A stretch of 64,000 bases of DNA from an uncultured Nitrososphaerota archaeon (GCA_963703285.1 OY969807.1:320001-384000); one strand, 5' to 3'; shown: positions 8,438 to 18,993, counted from the stretch's first letter. Notes: a model not told the origin generated them from the letters alone. Made by a program: numbers and translations.

Positions 8438-9988
8438 CTGGACGAGGGTCTCCTCGAAGGCGGGATAGCGGTACTCGACTTCGGCGGACAGTACTCGCAC
8501 CTGATCTGCCGGAGGCTGAGGGGACTGGGCGTCTACGCCTCCCTCTTCAGGCACGACACGCCGGTCGAGGAACTGCTCAGGCTCAAGGTCGCGGGCGTCG
8601 TGCTCTCCGGCGGCCCCGCCAGCGTCTACGCCCCCTCCTCTCCACACCCTGACGAGGCGCTCCTTCGCAGTCCCATCCCAGTCCTCGGCATCTGCTACGG
8701 CTACCAGCTCATCGTCCAGGCGCACGGGGGCGAGGTCGAGAGGGCGGCCAGGCGCGAGTACGGCAAGTCCAGCCTCACGATCCTCGACAGGTCGGGCATC
8801 TTCGGCGGCTTCTCCCAGAGCAAGATATCCTGCTGGATGTCCCACGGCGATTCCGCCACCCGCTTGCCGGAGGGGATGTCCGTTCTCGGCGTCAGCGAGA
8901 ACTCCCCCTACGCCGCCGTCCGGTCGGCCGACGGGAGGCAGTACGGCGTGCAGTTCCATCCCGAGGTGGCGCACACGGAGAACGGCAACGCCATCCTCTC
9001 GAACTTCGTCTTCGACGTCTGCGGGGCGAGCAGGAGGTGGAGCATGTCGAGCTTCCTCGAAGACCAAGTGGCCGGGCTGGCCGCCACCATCGACGGCAGG
9101 GTGCTCTGCGCGGTCTCCGGCGGAGTCGACTCCTCGGTCGCGTCGGTCCTCCTCAACCGAGCGGTGGGCGAAAAGCTCCAGTGCGTCTTCATAGACACGG
9201 GCCTCCTCAGGGAGGGGGAGGGAGCCGAGGTCTCCAAGTTCCTCAAGGAGGACCTAGGCGTCCCAGTGGATTCGGTCGACGCCTCCCGGACGTTCATAGA
9301 GGCCCTGCGCGGCGTCTCCGAGCCGGAGGCCAAGCGCAAGGTCATAGGGCGAGTCTTCGGCGACGTCTTCGAGCGGTACGCAAGGGAGCGGGGGCCCTTC
9401 CGCTACCTCGCCCAGGGGACGCTCTATCCCGACGTCATCGAGAGCGGCCACTCGTCCGCTCCTGCCTCCGTGATCAAGACACACCACAACGTGGGCGGCC
9501 TCCCGAAGGATCTCTCTCTGGAGGTGGTCGAGCCGCTCCGCGCACTCTACAAGGACGAGGTCCGCTCGCTCGGGGCCCTCCTTGGCCTACCGGCGAAGGT
9601 CCTGCAGAGGCACCCCTTCCCGGGGCCTGGCCTAGCGGTGAGGATAATCGGCGAGGTGACGCCCGAGAAGCTCAGGGTCTGCCGGGAGTCGAACAGGGTG
9701 GTCGAGGGCGCGCTCCTCGAGGAGGGCGTCTACAACAAGGTCTGGCAGGGCTTCGCCTACGTCGGTGACGACAGGGTGACGGGAGTGCTCGGGGACGAGA
9801 GGAGGGTCGGATACCAGGTCACCGTCAAGATCGTGGAGTCGATCGACGCCATGACGGCCGACTGGTACAGGGCTCCCCACGCCCTCCTCGAGAAGATCTC
9901 CGCGAAGATCACGAACGAGGTGGAGGGCGTGGTGAGCGTGGTCTACTCGATCTCCTCCAAGCCTCCGGCGACCATAGAGCCCCAGTGA
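8438..9988 (+). CDS. guaA: GMP synthase, glutamine-hydrolysing (CTG start)
   Basis: In-frame IAVLDFGGQYSHLICRRLR begins upstream of GTG 8600; GICYG, QFHPE, SGGVDS, HPFPGPGL, KPPATIE motifs. Confidence 0.92.
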   Translation: MDEGLLEGGIAVLDFGGQYSHLICRRLRGLGVYASLFRHDTPVEELLRLKVAGVVLSGGPASVYAPSSPHPDEALLRSPIPVLGICYGYQLIVQAHGGEVERAARREYGKSSLTILDRSGIFGGFSQSKISCWMSHGDSATRLPEGMSVLGVSENSPYAAVRSADGRQYGVQFHPEVAHTENGNAILSNFVFDVCGASRRWSMSSFLEDQVAGLAATIDGRVLCAVSGGVDSSVASVLLNRAVGEKLQCVFIDTGLLREGEGAEVSKFLKEDLGVPVDSVDASRTFIEALRGVSEPEAKRKVIGRVFGDVFERYARERGPFRYLAQGTLYPDVIESGHSSAPASVIKTHHNVGGLPKDLSLEVVEPLRALYKDEVRSLGALLGLPAKVLQRHPFPGPGLAVRIIGEVTPEKLRVCRESNRVVEGALLEEGVYNKVWQGFAYVGDDRVTGVLGDERRVGYQVTVKIVESIDAMTADWYRAPHALLEKISAKITNEVEGVVSVVYSISSKPPATIEPQ

Positions 9989-9992
9989 GAGT

Positions 9993-10980
9993 ATGTCGCA
10001 CTTCCTCGGCCCCCAGACGAAGCTCGCCGAGCTCCACGTCCACCTGGGGAGCTCCGTCGACCCCTCGGTGATGTGGGAGATAGCCCACGCCCAGGGCATC
10101 AAGCTGCCCACCAAGGACTACTGGCGCTTCACGGACATGATCACCGTCAACCCCCGCAAGGTCAAGTCCTTCGACGACTACCTCGAGATGTTCAAGTGGA
10201 CCGAGCTGATCCAGTCCAGCCCCCTGGCGATAGAGCAGTCCGTCTACCACACTATTGCCGGCGCCTACAGGAAGAACAACATAACCCTGCTGGAGCTCCG
10301 CTTCAACCCCATGAAGCGGAACAGGGGCGGAGAGCAGGACCTGGACCAGATAATGATGGCGGCGATCCGGGGGATCGACAGGTCCTCGCTCGAGTATCCC
10401 GTTCGCACAGGGCTGATCGTCTGCCTCGACAGGACGTTCAGCCACTCCCAGAACGAGATACTCCTGGAGAAGGCGCTCCGATACCGTTCCAGGGGCGTCG
10501 TCGGCATAGACATAGCGGGGCCGCACAGCAAGCGGTTCCGCTACTCCGAGTGCAAGGACCTCTACAGGCGCGCGCAGGGACGAGGGGCTCGGGCTCACAG
10601 TCCATGCAGGCGAGGACGAGGGGCACAACTCCGTGAGGGAGGTCATCAAGCAACTGCAGCCCGACAGGATCGGCCACGGCGTCAGATCGATAGAGAACGA
10701 CCGCACCCTCGAGATGGTCAGGCAGGCGGGGGTCACCCTCGAGGTCTGCCCATCCTCGAACCTGAACACCCGCGTGATCAAGGGGGTGGGACACATGAAG
10801 CAGATCTTCAGGGCTTTCGAGTCCCGCCACATCAAGTACACCATAAACACGGACGGTCCCGAGATGCTCATGACCAACCTTAGGGGCGAAATCGACTTCC
10901 TCCTCCGCAACGGGATCCTGAACGAGGAGGACGTGCTGCGGGCAAACCGCTACGCGTTCGCGGCCTCGTTCATCAAGTGA
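9993..10980 (+). pseudogene. add: Adenosine deaminase with a single +1 frameshift near 10570-10575 (pseudogene or sequencing error)
   Basis: ELHVHL motif in the first frame; removing one base in GGCGCGCGCAGG restores ...ARDEGLGLTVHAGEDE...RIGHG...EVCPSSN...INTD. Confidence 0.85.
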
Positions 10981-11666
10981 CGCAGACGGAAGTTCCTCCC
11001 TGGCGCCTTCTGGGACCGGGCGCTCAAGGACAGACCTCGCTGCGGGCCGAGAGGGTTCTTCATGAGCACCTACGGCATAGGCTAAAGGGTCTTCCCGATG
11101 GTAACGTATATCGGCACCCCCTAGGTGCCCGGAATGAAGCCTTGGTCTCGAAGAGTCCGCCGGAGGGTCCTGACGAGGTCGACGACGCGCTCGACGAAGG
11201 ATGCTACTATCTCTCCATCCTGGGACTCAAACCCGAGGAGGTCGGTGAGAGGTTCGAGATATCTGGACAGGAAGTCCTGAGGCGGAAGACGCGGTTCGAG
11301 ACGAGGGTCAGGAGTGGCGAACTCGCAGAGGAGAGCGTCTCGCTCGAATTCTGGAAGAGCGTCAGGGAGGAGGCGGAGGGCAACGTGAAGGTCACCTTCG
11401 TCAGCGGGAGGGGTTTCCACCACGCCTGGCGGTCGGACCTGAAGAAGTTCGACGGGCCCACGCTCCTGGCCATCTACGAGTCCTGCAAGGAGTTCCTGAA
11501 CCTGGACCCCAACGCGCGCTTCCTCCAGTACGATGCCCCCAAGAACTACGACCCGCTGGCGATGCAGAGGGAGATCTCCAAGGCGGTCGTCGTCGTGGGG
11601 AACCTCCTCGAGGAGAGGTGGAAGCAGGAGGGCGCTGAAGGGTCGCGGACGGAGCCTGGGCGCTAG
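10977..11666 (+). CDS. Hypothetical protein
   Basis: 229-aa ORF with GTGA overlap to add and host-like codon usage. Confidence 0.65.
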   Translation: MTQTEVPPWRLLGPGAQGQTSLRAERVLHEHLRHRLKGLPDGNVYRHPLGARNEALVSKSPPEGPDEVDDALDEGCYYLSILGLKPEEVGERFEISGQEVLRRKTRFETRVRSGELAEESVSLEFWKSVREEAEGNVKVTFVSGRGFHHAWRSDLKKFDGPTLLAIYESCKEFLNLDPNARFLQYDAPKNYDPLAMQREISKAVVVVGNLLEERWKQEGAEGSRTEPGR

Positions 11667-12718
11667 CGCACGGTGATGCGGACCCTCTCGACCGCGTTGT
11701 AGCCGTACTGGAACCTGTTCTCGAACGGCTCGGGGGGCTGGACGTTCCCGAGTTCGTCGGCGGCCCTGGCTGAGATCACAAGCCCGCCCCGCCTCTCCGG
11801 CGTCCATTTCATCCTCCAGGGCACCCAGGCGTACCTTCCCCCCTTCGTACGGCCGAGCACCGCTCTCTCCCACCCCCCTCCCAGGTCGACCTCCACGGTG
11901 GTAACCCTCCCGCTTCCCGACCACGCCATCCCCGTCACCTCCGTCGGCTTGCCCAGCCCGAGCTCTTCACCCTCCAGCGGGCGTGTGATCAGGGACTTCA
12001 CCCTCATCTCCCTCACCGGTTCCCGCCTCTCCCGCGACCCCGCCCCGGTGACGTAGACGTACTTCACGCCGTTGAAGTACGGCGGGGTCCCCCGCCCCGA
12101 GACGACCCCCACCCTGCCAATCCACTTGACAGAAGCCATGCCGTACCAGCCGGGGACGATCAGCCTCGCCGGATACCCGTGCTCCCTCGTGAGCGTCCTT
12201 CCGTTCATGCGAAGCGCTACAATGGTCCCCGCGTCCAGTGCCTTCTCAATTGGGAGGGAACGCGCAAATGCGACGCGGCCTGCGCCTGGGACCTCACCCG
12301 AGTCCGAGCCCTCTGTCACGACTTTGGTCGCGGTCTTCCTCGGGCGGCAACTGCCGAGGACCTCGCGCAGCGGCACCCCCGTCCAGATCGCCGTACCGAC
12401 GGCGCCGTGACCCCACCGCACCTCTCCCTCTGCGGCCGTCGCGAATCCCTTCCTGCCGTTGCCCGCGCACTCGAGCGTGACCGGGATTGTCACCGTCGGC
12501 ATGGCGAGGAGCTCGTCATAGGTGAAATCGCGCGGGGAATCGACGTCCCCATCAACCCTGAGCTTCCAGGTCGCGGCCTCCAGGCTCGGCATGTCGAAGT
12601 GGGTTCTGACGAAGAACGACGAGGTTGGGGTCGTCGGGGTACGGAGCACCGTCCTGGGCGCCTCCGCGTTCAGGGGAGAGTCCCTCACTACGATCATCCG
12701 CGCTTCGGCCTTCTTCAT
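11663..12718 (-). CDS. Sulfite oxidase-family molybdopterin enzyme
   Basis: FFVRTH, LECAGNGR, HGYPARLIVPGWYGMASVKW, G.AWSG motifs; TATAAG about 30 nt upstream. Confidence 0.9.
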   Translation of the reverse strand: MKKAEARMIVVRDSPLNAEAPRTVLRTPTTPTSSFFVRTHFDMPSLEAATWKLRVDGDVDSPRDFTYDELLAMPTVTIPVTLECAGNGRKGFATAAEGEVRWGHGAVGTAIWTGVPLREVLGSCRPRKTATKVVTEGSDSGEVPGAGRVAFARSLPIEKALDAGTIVALRMNGRTLTREHGYPARLIVPGWYGMASVKWIGRVGVVSGRGTPPYFNGVKYVYVTGAGSRERREPVREMRVKSLITRPLEGEELGLGKPTEVTGMAWSGSGRVTTVEVDLGGGWERAVLGRTKGGRYAWVPWRMKWTPERRGGLVISARAADELGNVQPPEPFENRFQYGYNAVERVRITVR

Positions 12719-12829
12719 GCCCCCCGAGCGTGCCACGCCCGGCCCTTATACGCGCTTGCGGACGCCTCGCCACCAAAGTCTTAAAATGAGGCCATCACCG
12801 GGCAAAACTCAAGAGGGCCAGCAGTCAGC

Positions 12830-13864
12830 ATGGAAGTTCTCTCCGTCGAACGGCTTGCCTCGGTCCTCTCCAGATTTCAGGGCAGGCGGATACTCGTCGT
12901 GGGCGACCTCATAGTGAGCAGGTTCGTGGAGGTCTCCGCGCGGAAGCTTGCGCGGGAGGCCCCGGTTCCGGCTGGCGACTACGTCGGAGAGACGCTTCTC
13001 CCCGGAGGGGCGGCGAACCTGGCCAGGGAGATTTCTTCGCTGGGAGCCAACGTCTCGGTCCTCGGGGTCGTGGGCGACGACGCCCAGGGAGCGTGGCTCA
13101 GGGAGGACCTCAACAGGAACGGGATCGGCACCGCAGGGATCGCTGTCGACAAGAACAGACCCAGCTCGCTCCGCACGTGGGTGATGGTGAACCGGCTGCA
13201 CTACCTCAGGATCGACCAGGAGACGCGGAAGGACATCCCCCCTGTGACGACGCGGGCGTTCATCGAGGCCGCCACGGGGGAGATCCCCAGCGTCGACGCC
13301 GTCGTCCTCTCGGACTACGACAGGGGGGTGATCGGCCCCATGCTCATAGACGGAGTCGTCTCCGCCGCGAAGGAGTCGAAGAAGATCGTAGTCGCCCAGC
13401 CCAAGATGCGCCACTACCTCGACTTCTCGGGCGTGACCTACATCAAGTCGAACATGGAGGAGGCGACGCACGCCACCGGCATGAGCATGGTGAACGAGAC
13501 GAGCCTGCGGAACATGGGCGTCAACCTGATGCAGAGGCTCGACTGCAAGGGGATGCTCATCACGAGGGGCGAGCAGGGGATGACAGTCTTCGAGAGGGAC
13601 CAGATAACGAACTACCCGCCGATCTACGGCAGGAGGAACTTCTTCAGTAAGGTGGGCGTGAGGGACGCCATGACAGGGGTCTTCGCCCTGGGGGTCGCGG
13701 CGGGAGGGTCCATCACGGAGGCCGCCTGCCTCTCCAACATCGCGGGGCCGCTGAGGTCGGACAAGGCGCGCAACGTGACGCTGACTACCTCGGACTTCCA
13801 AGCGGGATTCGACGAGCTTGGTGACTTTTTACAGCGGATTTCCCAGGCCCCCGTGAGGAGGTAG
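12830..13864 (+). CDS. PfkB-family kinase resembling the RfaE/HldE kinase domain
   Basis: ILVVGDL, REAPVP, PGGAAN.A, LSDYDRG, ITRGEQGM motifs; GAGD is replaced by GVRD. Confidence 0.8.
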   Translation: MEVLSVERLASVLSRFQGRRILVVGDLIVSRFVEVSARKLAREAPVPAGDYVGETLLPGGAANLAREISSLGANVSVLGVVGDDAQGAWLREDLNRNGIGTAGIAVDKNRPSSLRTWVMVNRLHYLRIDQETRKDIPPVTTRAFIEAATGEIPSVDAVVLSDYDRGVIGPMLIDGVVSAAKESKKIVVAQPKMRHYLDFSGVTYIKSNMEEATHATGMSMVNETSLRNMGVNLMQRLDCKGMLITRGEQGMTVFERDQITNYPPIYGRRNFFSKVGVRDAMTGVFALGVAAGGSITEAACLSNIAGPLRSDKARNVTLTTSDFQAGFDELGDFLQRISQAPVRR

Positions 13865-13870
13865 AGCCAG

Positions 13871-14689
13871 ATGGAGACAGCCCACGAGGCCGCCAGGCTT
13901 CAGGAGATATCGAGGAACACTAGGAAGCTCATCCTGGGGACGCTGGCCGAGGCGGGGTCGGGCCACCCCGGCGGCTCGCTCTCTGCCGTCGAACTACTGG
14001 TGACGCTCTACTTCTACAAGATGAAGCACGACCCGAAGAACCCCCACTGGCCCGACCGTGACCGGTTCATCCTGTCGAAGGGTCACGCCGCACCCCTGCT
14101 CTACTCGATTCTCGCCCAGGCGGGATACTTCCCCGCACAGGAGCTACTCTCCCTCCGCAAGCTCGGGGCCCTCCTGCAGGGCCACCCCGACCTCAGGATC
14201 CCGGGGGTGGAGATGCCCGCCGGCTCAGAAGGCATCGGCCTCTCCGTGGGCGTGGGCGAAGCCCTCGCCGGGAAGCTCGACGGCAAGTCCTATCGCACCT
14301 ACGTTCTCATGGGTGACGGCGAGCAGCAGGAGGGAGAGGTGTGGGAGGCAGCGATGTCGGCCTCGAAGTTCAAGCTCGACAACCTGACCGCGATAATCGA
14401 CAGGAACGGCATCCAGCAGGACGGGCTGACCGAGCAGATAATGCCGCTGGAGCCCCTGGCGTCGAAGTGGCGCGCGTTCAACTGGAACGTCATAGAGGTG
14501 GACGGCTATGACTACCTCCAGCTCATAGACGCCTTCGACAACGCGGAGATGACCAAGCACCGGCCGACTATGATCATCGCGCACACGGTCAAGGGGAAGG
14601 GCGTCTCGTTCATGGAGTGGTCACCCACCTATCACGGCACCGCGCCCTCCAAGGACAAGATGACGGCCATCTACGACGAGTTGAAGTGA
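13871..14689 (+). CDS. Transketolase, N-terminal subunit
   Basis: SGHPGGSLS, RDRFILSKGH, GDGE..EG, HTVKGKG motifs. Confidence 0.92.
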   Translation: METAHEAARLQEISRNTRKLILGTLAEAGSGHPGGSLSAVELLVTLYFYKMKHDPKNPHWPDRDRFILSKGHAAPLLYSILAQAGYFPAQELLSLRKLGALLQGHPDLRIPGVEMPAGSEGIGLSVGVGEALAGKLDGKSYRTYVLMGDGEQQEGEVWEAAMSASKFKLDNLTAIIDRNGIQQDGLTEQIMPLEPLASKWRAFNWNVIEVDGYDYLQLIDAFDNAEMTKHRPTMIIAHTVKGKGVSFMEWSPTYHGTAPSKDKMTAIYDELK

Positions 14690-14691
14690 CC

Positions 14692-15378
14692 ATGAGGCCC
14701 ATCAAGATCGCCCCCTCCATCCTCGCCTCCGACCTGAGCAACCTGAGGGAGGGCCTCGAGATCGCATCGCGGGGCGGGGCGGACCAGATCCACCTCGACG
14801 TCATCGACGGACGGTTCGCCCCCAACATAACCTTCGGGCCCGGGACCGTCAAGGCGCTCCGCCCGCGCAGCAGGATCAAGTTCGACACTCACCTCATGAT
14901 TGCCGACCCGCAGCTGTACGTCGACAAGTTCCTCGAGGCAGGGTCGGACCTCCTGACCTTCCAGGCCGAGGTGCTCGACTCGGCTGCCTTCGACGCTCTC
15001 CACTCCAGGATCAGCTCGAAGGGCAAGGAGATGGGGCTCGCGCTCAGACCCGAGACTCAGCTCCCGAAGTGGGCCGAGGACCGGCTGCACGCGCTCAGCG
15101 CTCTCCTCCTCCTCACGGTCAACCCGGGCTTCAGCGGCCAGGCCATGGAGGTAGGCGTCTTCCCCAAGATAGAGAGGATGAGCGCGCTCGTGGCCGAGAG
15201 GGGACTGGACCTGGACCTCGAGGTCGACGGAGGCATCGACGAAGGGAACGTCGGGGAGGTAGCGAAGCGCGGGGGGAACGTCTTCGTGGCCGGCGCAGGC
15301 GTCTACGGAAAGCCTGACCCGGTACGCTCCATAGGCGAGCTGAGGGCGAGGGCCCAGGCGGCGAGGGGTGGGAGCTGA
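14692..15378 (+). CDS. rpe: Ribulose-phosphate 3-epimerase
   Basis: IAPSIL, HLDVIDGRFAPNITFG, DTHLM, VNPGFSGQ, EVDGG motifs. Confidence 0.92.
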   Translation: MRPIKIAPSILASDLSNLREGLEIASRGGADQIHLDVIDGRFAPNITFGPGTVKALRPRSRIKFDTHLMIADPQLYVDKFLEAGSDLLTFQAEVLDSAAFDALHSRISSKGKEMGLALRPETQLPKWAEDRLHALSALLLLTVNPGFSGQAMEVGVFPKIERMSALVAERGLDLDLEVDGGIDEGNVGEVAKRGGNVFVAGAGVYGKPDPVRSIGELRARAQAARGGS

Positions 15379-16376
15379 TGCTCGAAAAGCTGGCATCGAT
15401 GCGGTCGGCCTACGGGGAGGCCCTGGTCGAGCTCGGGGAGAGTCACCCGAACCTCGTGGTCCTGGGCGCCGACACAACGGAGTCGATCAAGTCGGGGATG
15501 TTCGGCTCCAAGTACCCAGAGCGCTTCTTCAACGTCGGGATAGCGGAGCAGAACCTGGTCGGGGTCGCGGCGGGGCTAGCCCTCGCGGGCAAGACGGCCT
15601 TCGCAGGGACCTACGCCATCTTCGTCCCGGGAAAGTGCGTCGACCAGATCCGGAACATCGTCGCCTACGCAGACCTTGACGTCAAGCTGATCTGCTCCCA
15701 CGGCGGGATATCGGTGGGGCCGGACGGGGCGTCCCACCAGCAGCTCGAGGACATCGCCATCATGCGCGCCATCCCCAAGATGCGCGTGATCGTGCCCTCC
15801 GACTCCGTCTCGACGAAGGGCATAGTCAAGGCGATCGCGGACATCCGGGGTCCCTTCTACGTCCGCCTGACGCGGGGCGTCGTGAAGGGGTCCTCAGTCC
15901 CGGTGATATACGAGACGGGATTCGAATTTAGGCTCGGGTCGGCCAACGTCCTGAGGGACGGGAGCGACGTGGCGATCTTCGCCTGCGGCGTGATGGTCGC
16001 GGAGGCCCTCAGGGCCGCCGACTCGCTCGGAGCCCGCGGGATAAACGCCGCGGTGATAGATTCCCACACCGTCAAGCCCATCGACGAGGCGCTCGTGCGG
16101 AAGTATGCGAGGCAGTGCGGCTCGATAGTGACCGTTGAGGAGCACAACGTCCTTGGAGGGCTCGGGTCCGCCGTCTGCGAGGTAGTGACTGACGACCATC
16201 CCGTGAGGGTCAAGAGGGTCGGGGTGAACGACAGGTTCGGAGAAAGCGGCGAGGCCCCCGAGCTCTTCGAGAAGTACGGGCTCACGGCCCGCAAGATAGA
16301 GGAAGCGGCCGTCACGGTACGCGGCGAGAAGGGACAAACCGATTCCTCCGTTGCCTCTATCGGTACCAAAACTTAA
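15378..16376 (+). CDS. Transketolase, C-terminal subunit
   Basis: NVGIAEQN, GPDGASHQ, VEEH...GGLGS motifs. Confidence 0.92.
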   Translation: MLEKLASMRSAYGEALVELGESHPNLVVLGADTTESIKSGMFGSKYPERFFNVGIAEQNLVGVAAGLALAGKTAFAGTYAIFVPGKCVDQIRNIVAYADLDVKLICSHGGISVGPDGASHQQLEDIAIMRAIPKMRVIVPSDSVSTKGIVKAIADIRGPFYVRLTRGVVKGSSVPVIYETGFEFRLGSANVLRDGSDVAIFACGVMVAEALRAADSLGARGINAAVIDSHTVKPIDEALVRKYARQCGSIVTVEEHNVLGGLGSAVCEVVTDDHPVRVKRVGVNDRFGESGEAPELFEKYGLTARKIEEAAVTVRGEKGQTDSSVASIGTKT

Positions 16377-16405
16377 ATCGGGTAAGGGAGCCGCGGGCTG
16401 ACCTC

Positions 16406-18985
16406 TTGCCGCGGTCTCGATTCGAAGCCTTCAACTCGTTCCTGAAGAGGCGGCGCAAGCTCATCATCGTAGCATGGATCATCGCCCTGATAATCGCGGG
16501 GACGCAGGTCCCCACGTTCTTCGGAGCCGTGTCCTACAACGTCGCAGACCAGAGCTTCGGCGGACCGACGAACTCCGAGTCGCAGCAGGCGCAGAACATC
16601 ATAGATGCGCAGTTCCCCTCCTCCAACAGCTCTGGACTGAACACGATCATCGTGGTCCTCCAGAACGACGAGATGTATTCCGCCTCGGTCCAAGCCGCGG
16701 TCCTAGGGCTGAACCGCACCCTCGCATCCGACCCCGCGCTTTCGCCGAGCTTCACAGGGATCGAGAGCATCTACTCCACCGAGTATTCGTTCCTGGAGTC
16801 GGTGGTCCCCTCGCTCCTGCAGCAGGTCTCCCAGCTCAACGAGAGCCTGGCCTCCGCGGGCATGGCGTCGACCTGGCAGACGGCCTCGGCGCTTGTGGCG
16901 AACGCGACCGCGGCCTCGTTCGCCTCGTCCCCCCTGTTCACCGCCCGCGTCGCCCCGCTCGCGTCCCTCCTCTCGTCCCTCGCTTCGGGCTACGCCCCGT
17001 CACAGGTCAGAGCCGCCATAGAGAGCGCAGTCGTCTCTGAGGACTACCAGCAGTACCCGCTCGCGCTCTCCCCCTCGATCACCAGGAACTTCGTCAGCCC
17101 CGACAACGGCACGATGATAGTGGTCTACAGCTTCTCCGTCCCGCCCACCTCGGCGATGATCGCCGCCTTCCGGTCGGACATCGTTGCCTCGGCGCTTCCC
17201 CCTCTCGGCACCTATTACGTGACCGGGTCGGCGGTCCTCACCCAGGACATCTCGAAGGTCTTCGGCCCCGTGGTGGGCATAACGGTGGTCCCCGGGGTTC
17301 TGGCCTCGCTCGCCATAGTCGGAATTCTGCTGCTTGCGCCCCTGGCGGCGCTGATCCCGGTGCTCGTCGGCGGGATAGCGATCGCGATAGCGCTCCCCAC
17401 CATATACTACGGCGTCGACATCCTCGGCCACGGGACCCTCACGTTCCTGACCCCCGCCCTCACCATCCTCCTAACGCTCGGCCTCGCCGTGGACTACTCC
17501 GTGCTCCAGCTCAGACGGACCAAGGAGGAGAGGAACAACGGAAGGACGACCGATGAGAGCGTCTCCGTCTCCGTCAAGTGGGCCGGCCAGGCGGTGCTGA
17601 CCGCCGGCGTCACCGTCGTCGTGGCGTACATAGTCATGGCCGTCGCCAACGTCCCGCTCTTCAGCGGCGTCGGCACCGCGATAGCAATCGCCGTCTCAAT
17701 CCTCATCCTGGCCTCCCTAACGCTCCTCCCGGCGCTCGAGTTGACGCTCGGCGACAGGCTCTTCTGGCCGGGCCTCAACAGGCGGAAGAACGTCCAGCGG
17801 TCCAAGATCAGCCGGCTGAACCGCATCGGGGAGAAGACCCTCAAGAACAAGGTCGCAGTCATCGCGGTCGTCTCGGTCTTCGCCCTGGGCGCGGTCTTCG
17901 TGGTGGCGGAGACAGCGACGGGGTCCGACATACTGAAGCTGTTCCCGAGCTTCGAGAGCAACGTGGGGCTCAACGTGATGGAATCGGCGCTGGGAAGCTC
18001 CACGGTGGATCCCTCCATCATCGTCATCACGACGCCCACGCCCATAGTCTACGGGCAGGACCAGTTCAACCAGACCCTGCTGAAGCAGATAGAGCTGATC
18101 AGCTCCACAGCTTCCTCGGTCCGGGGTGTCTCCACCGTCTCGGGTCCCACGCGCCCGTACGGTTCGCCGTTCAACTACTCGGGCGTGCAGCAGCTGCCGG
18201 AGCCCGAGAGGTCGCAGTACCTCGCCGGCATGCTCTCGACGATCGGCAAGAACAACGAGACCGCGCAGGTCGTCGTGGGGCTCGGCAGCGACGCCATGGG
18301 CCAGAGCTCCATCGACACGCTCCTCAAGGTGGAGTCTGCGGTCGCGGCGCTTCCGGGCGTGAAGGGCGTCGCGCTCTACTACGGCGGGACCACCCAGTCG
18401 ACCTACGACAGTCAGGCATTCCTGAATGGGATTCTCCCCGAGGTGATAGCAGTCCTAGCCGCCTCCGTCTACGTCATACTCCTGATCCAGCTCAGGTCCG
18501 CGTTCACCCCCGTAAGGCTCGTCTTCACCATCCTTTGCAGCGTCGCCTTCGCGAGCGCTCTCCTAATCGTCCTCTACTACTACATCCAGGGGCTGCCAAT
18601 CCTGGACTTCGCGCCCCTCTTCGTGGTCGTGACCATGCTCGGGGTCGGCATCGACTATGACATCTTCTTCGTCACCAGGATCAGGGAGGAGGTGCTCAAC
18701 GGCAAGTCGGACGACGACGCCATCAAGACCGCGCTGAACAAGATCTGGGTGACCATATTCGGGCTCGGCCTGGTGCTGGCCACGGTCTTCTCTTCGTTGA
18801 TAGCCACGAGGATCGCTCTCCTGGGGGAGATAGGCTTCGTCGTGGCGGCTGCGGTCCTAGTTGACGTCGGAGTCGTGATCCTGCTCTTCGTCCCGGCGCT
18901 CATGGGACTAGCGGAGAGGTTCAACTGGTGGCCCTCCAAGCTCGGGAGCCGCGAGGCCCAGGGGGCCTCCGAGACCAAAGACTGA
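16406..18985 (+). CDS. MMPL/RND-family transporter
   Basis: Two TM repeats with GLAVDY and GVGIDY..F...RIREE motifs and large extracellular loops. Confidence 0.88.
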   Translation: MPRSRFEAFNSFLKRRRKLIIVAWIIALIIAGTQVPTFFGAVSYNVADQSFGGPTNSESQQAQNIIDAQFPSSNSSGLNTIIVVLQNDEMYSASVQAAVLGLNRTLASDPALSPSFTGIESIYSTEYSFLESVVPSLLQQVSQLNESLASAGMASTWQTASALVANATAASFASSPLFTARVAPLASLLSSLASGYAPSQVRAAIESAVVSEDYQQYPLALSPSITRNFVSPDNGTMIVVYSFSVPPTSAMIAAFRSDIVASALPPLGTYYVTGSAVLTQDISKVFGPVVGITVVPGVLASLAIVGILLLAPLAALIPVLVGGIAIAIALPTIYYGVDILGHGTLTFLTPALTILLTLGLAVDYSVLQLRRTKEERNNGRTTDESVSVSVKWAGQAVLTAGVTVVVAYIVMAVANVPLFSGVGTAIAIAVSILILASLTLLPALELTLGDRLFWPGLNRRKNVQRSKISRLNRIGEKTLKNKVAVIAVVSVFALGAVFVVAETATGSDILKLFPSFESNVGLNVMESALGSSTVDPSIIVITTPTPIVYGQDQFNQTLLKQIELISSTASSVRGVSTVSGPTRPYGSPFNYSGVQQLPEPERSQYLAGMLSTIGKNNETAQVVVGLGSDAMGQSSIDTLLKVESAVAALPGVKGVALYYGGTTQSTYDSQAFLNGILPEVIAVLAASVYVILLIQLRSAFTPVRLVFTILCSVAFASALLIVLYYYIQGLPILDFAPLFVVVTMLGVGIDYDIFFVTRIREEVLNGKSDDDAIKTALNKIWVTIFGLGLVLATVFSSLIATRIALLGEIGFVVAAAVLVDVGVVILLFVPALMGLAERFNWWPSKLGSREAQGASETKD

Positions 18986-18993
18986 GCCGCTGC

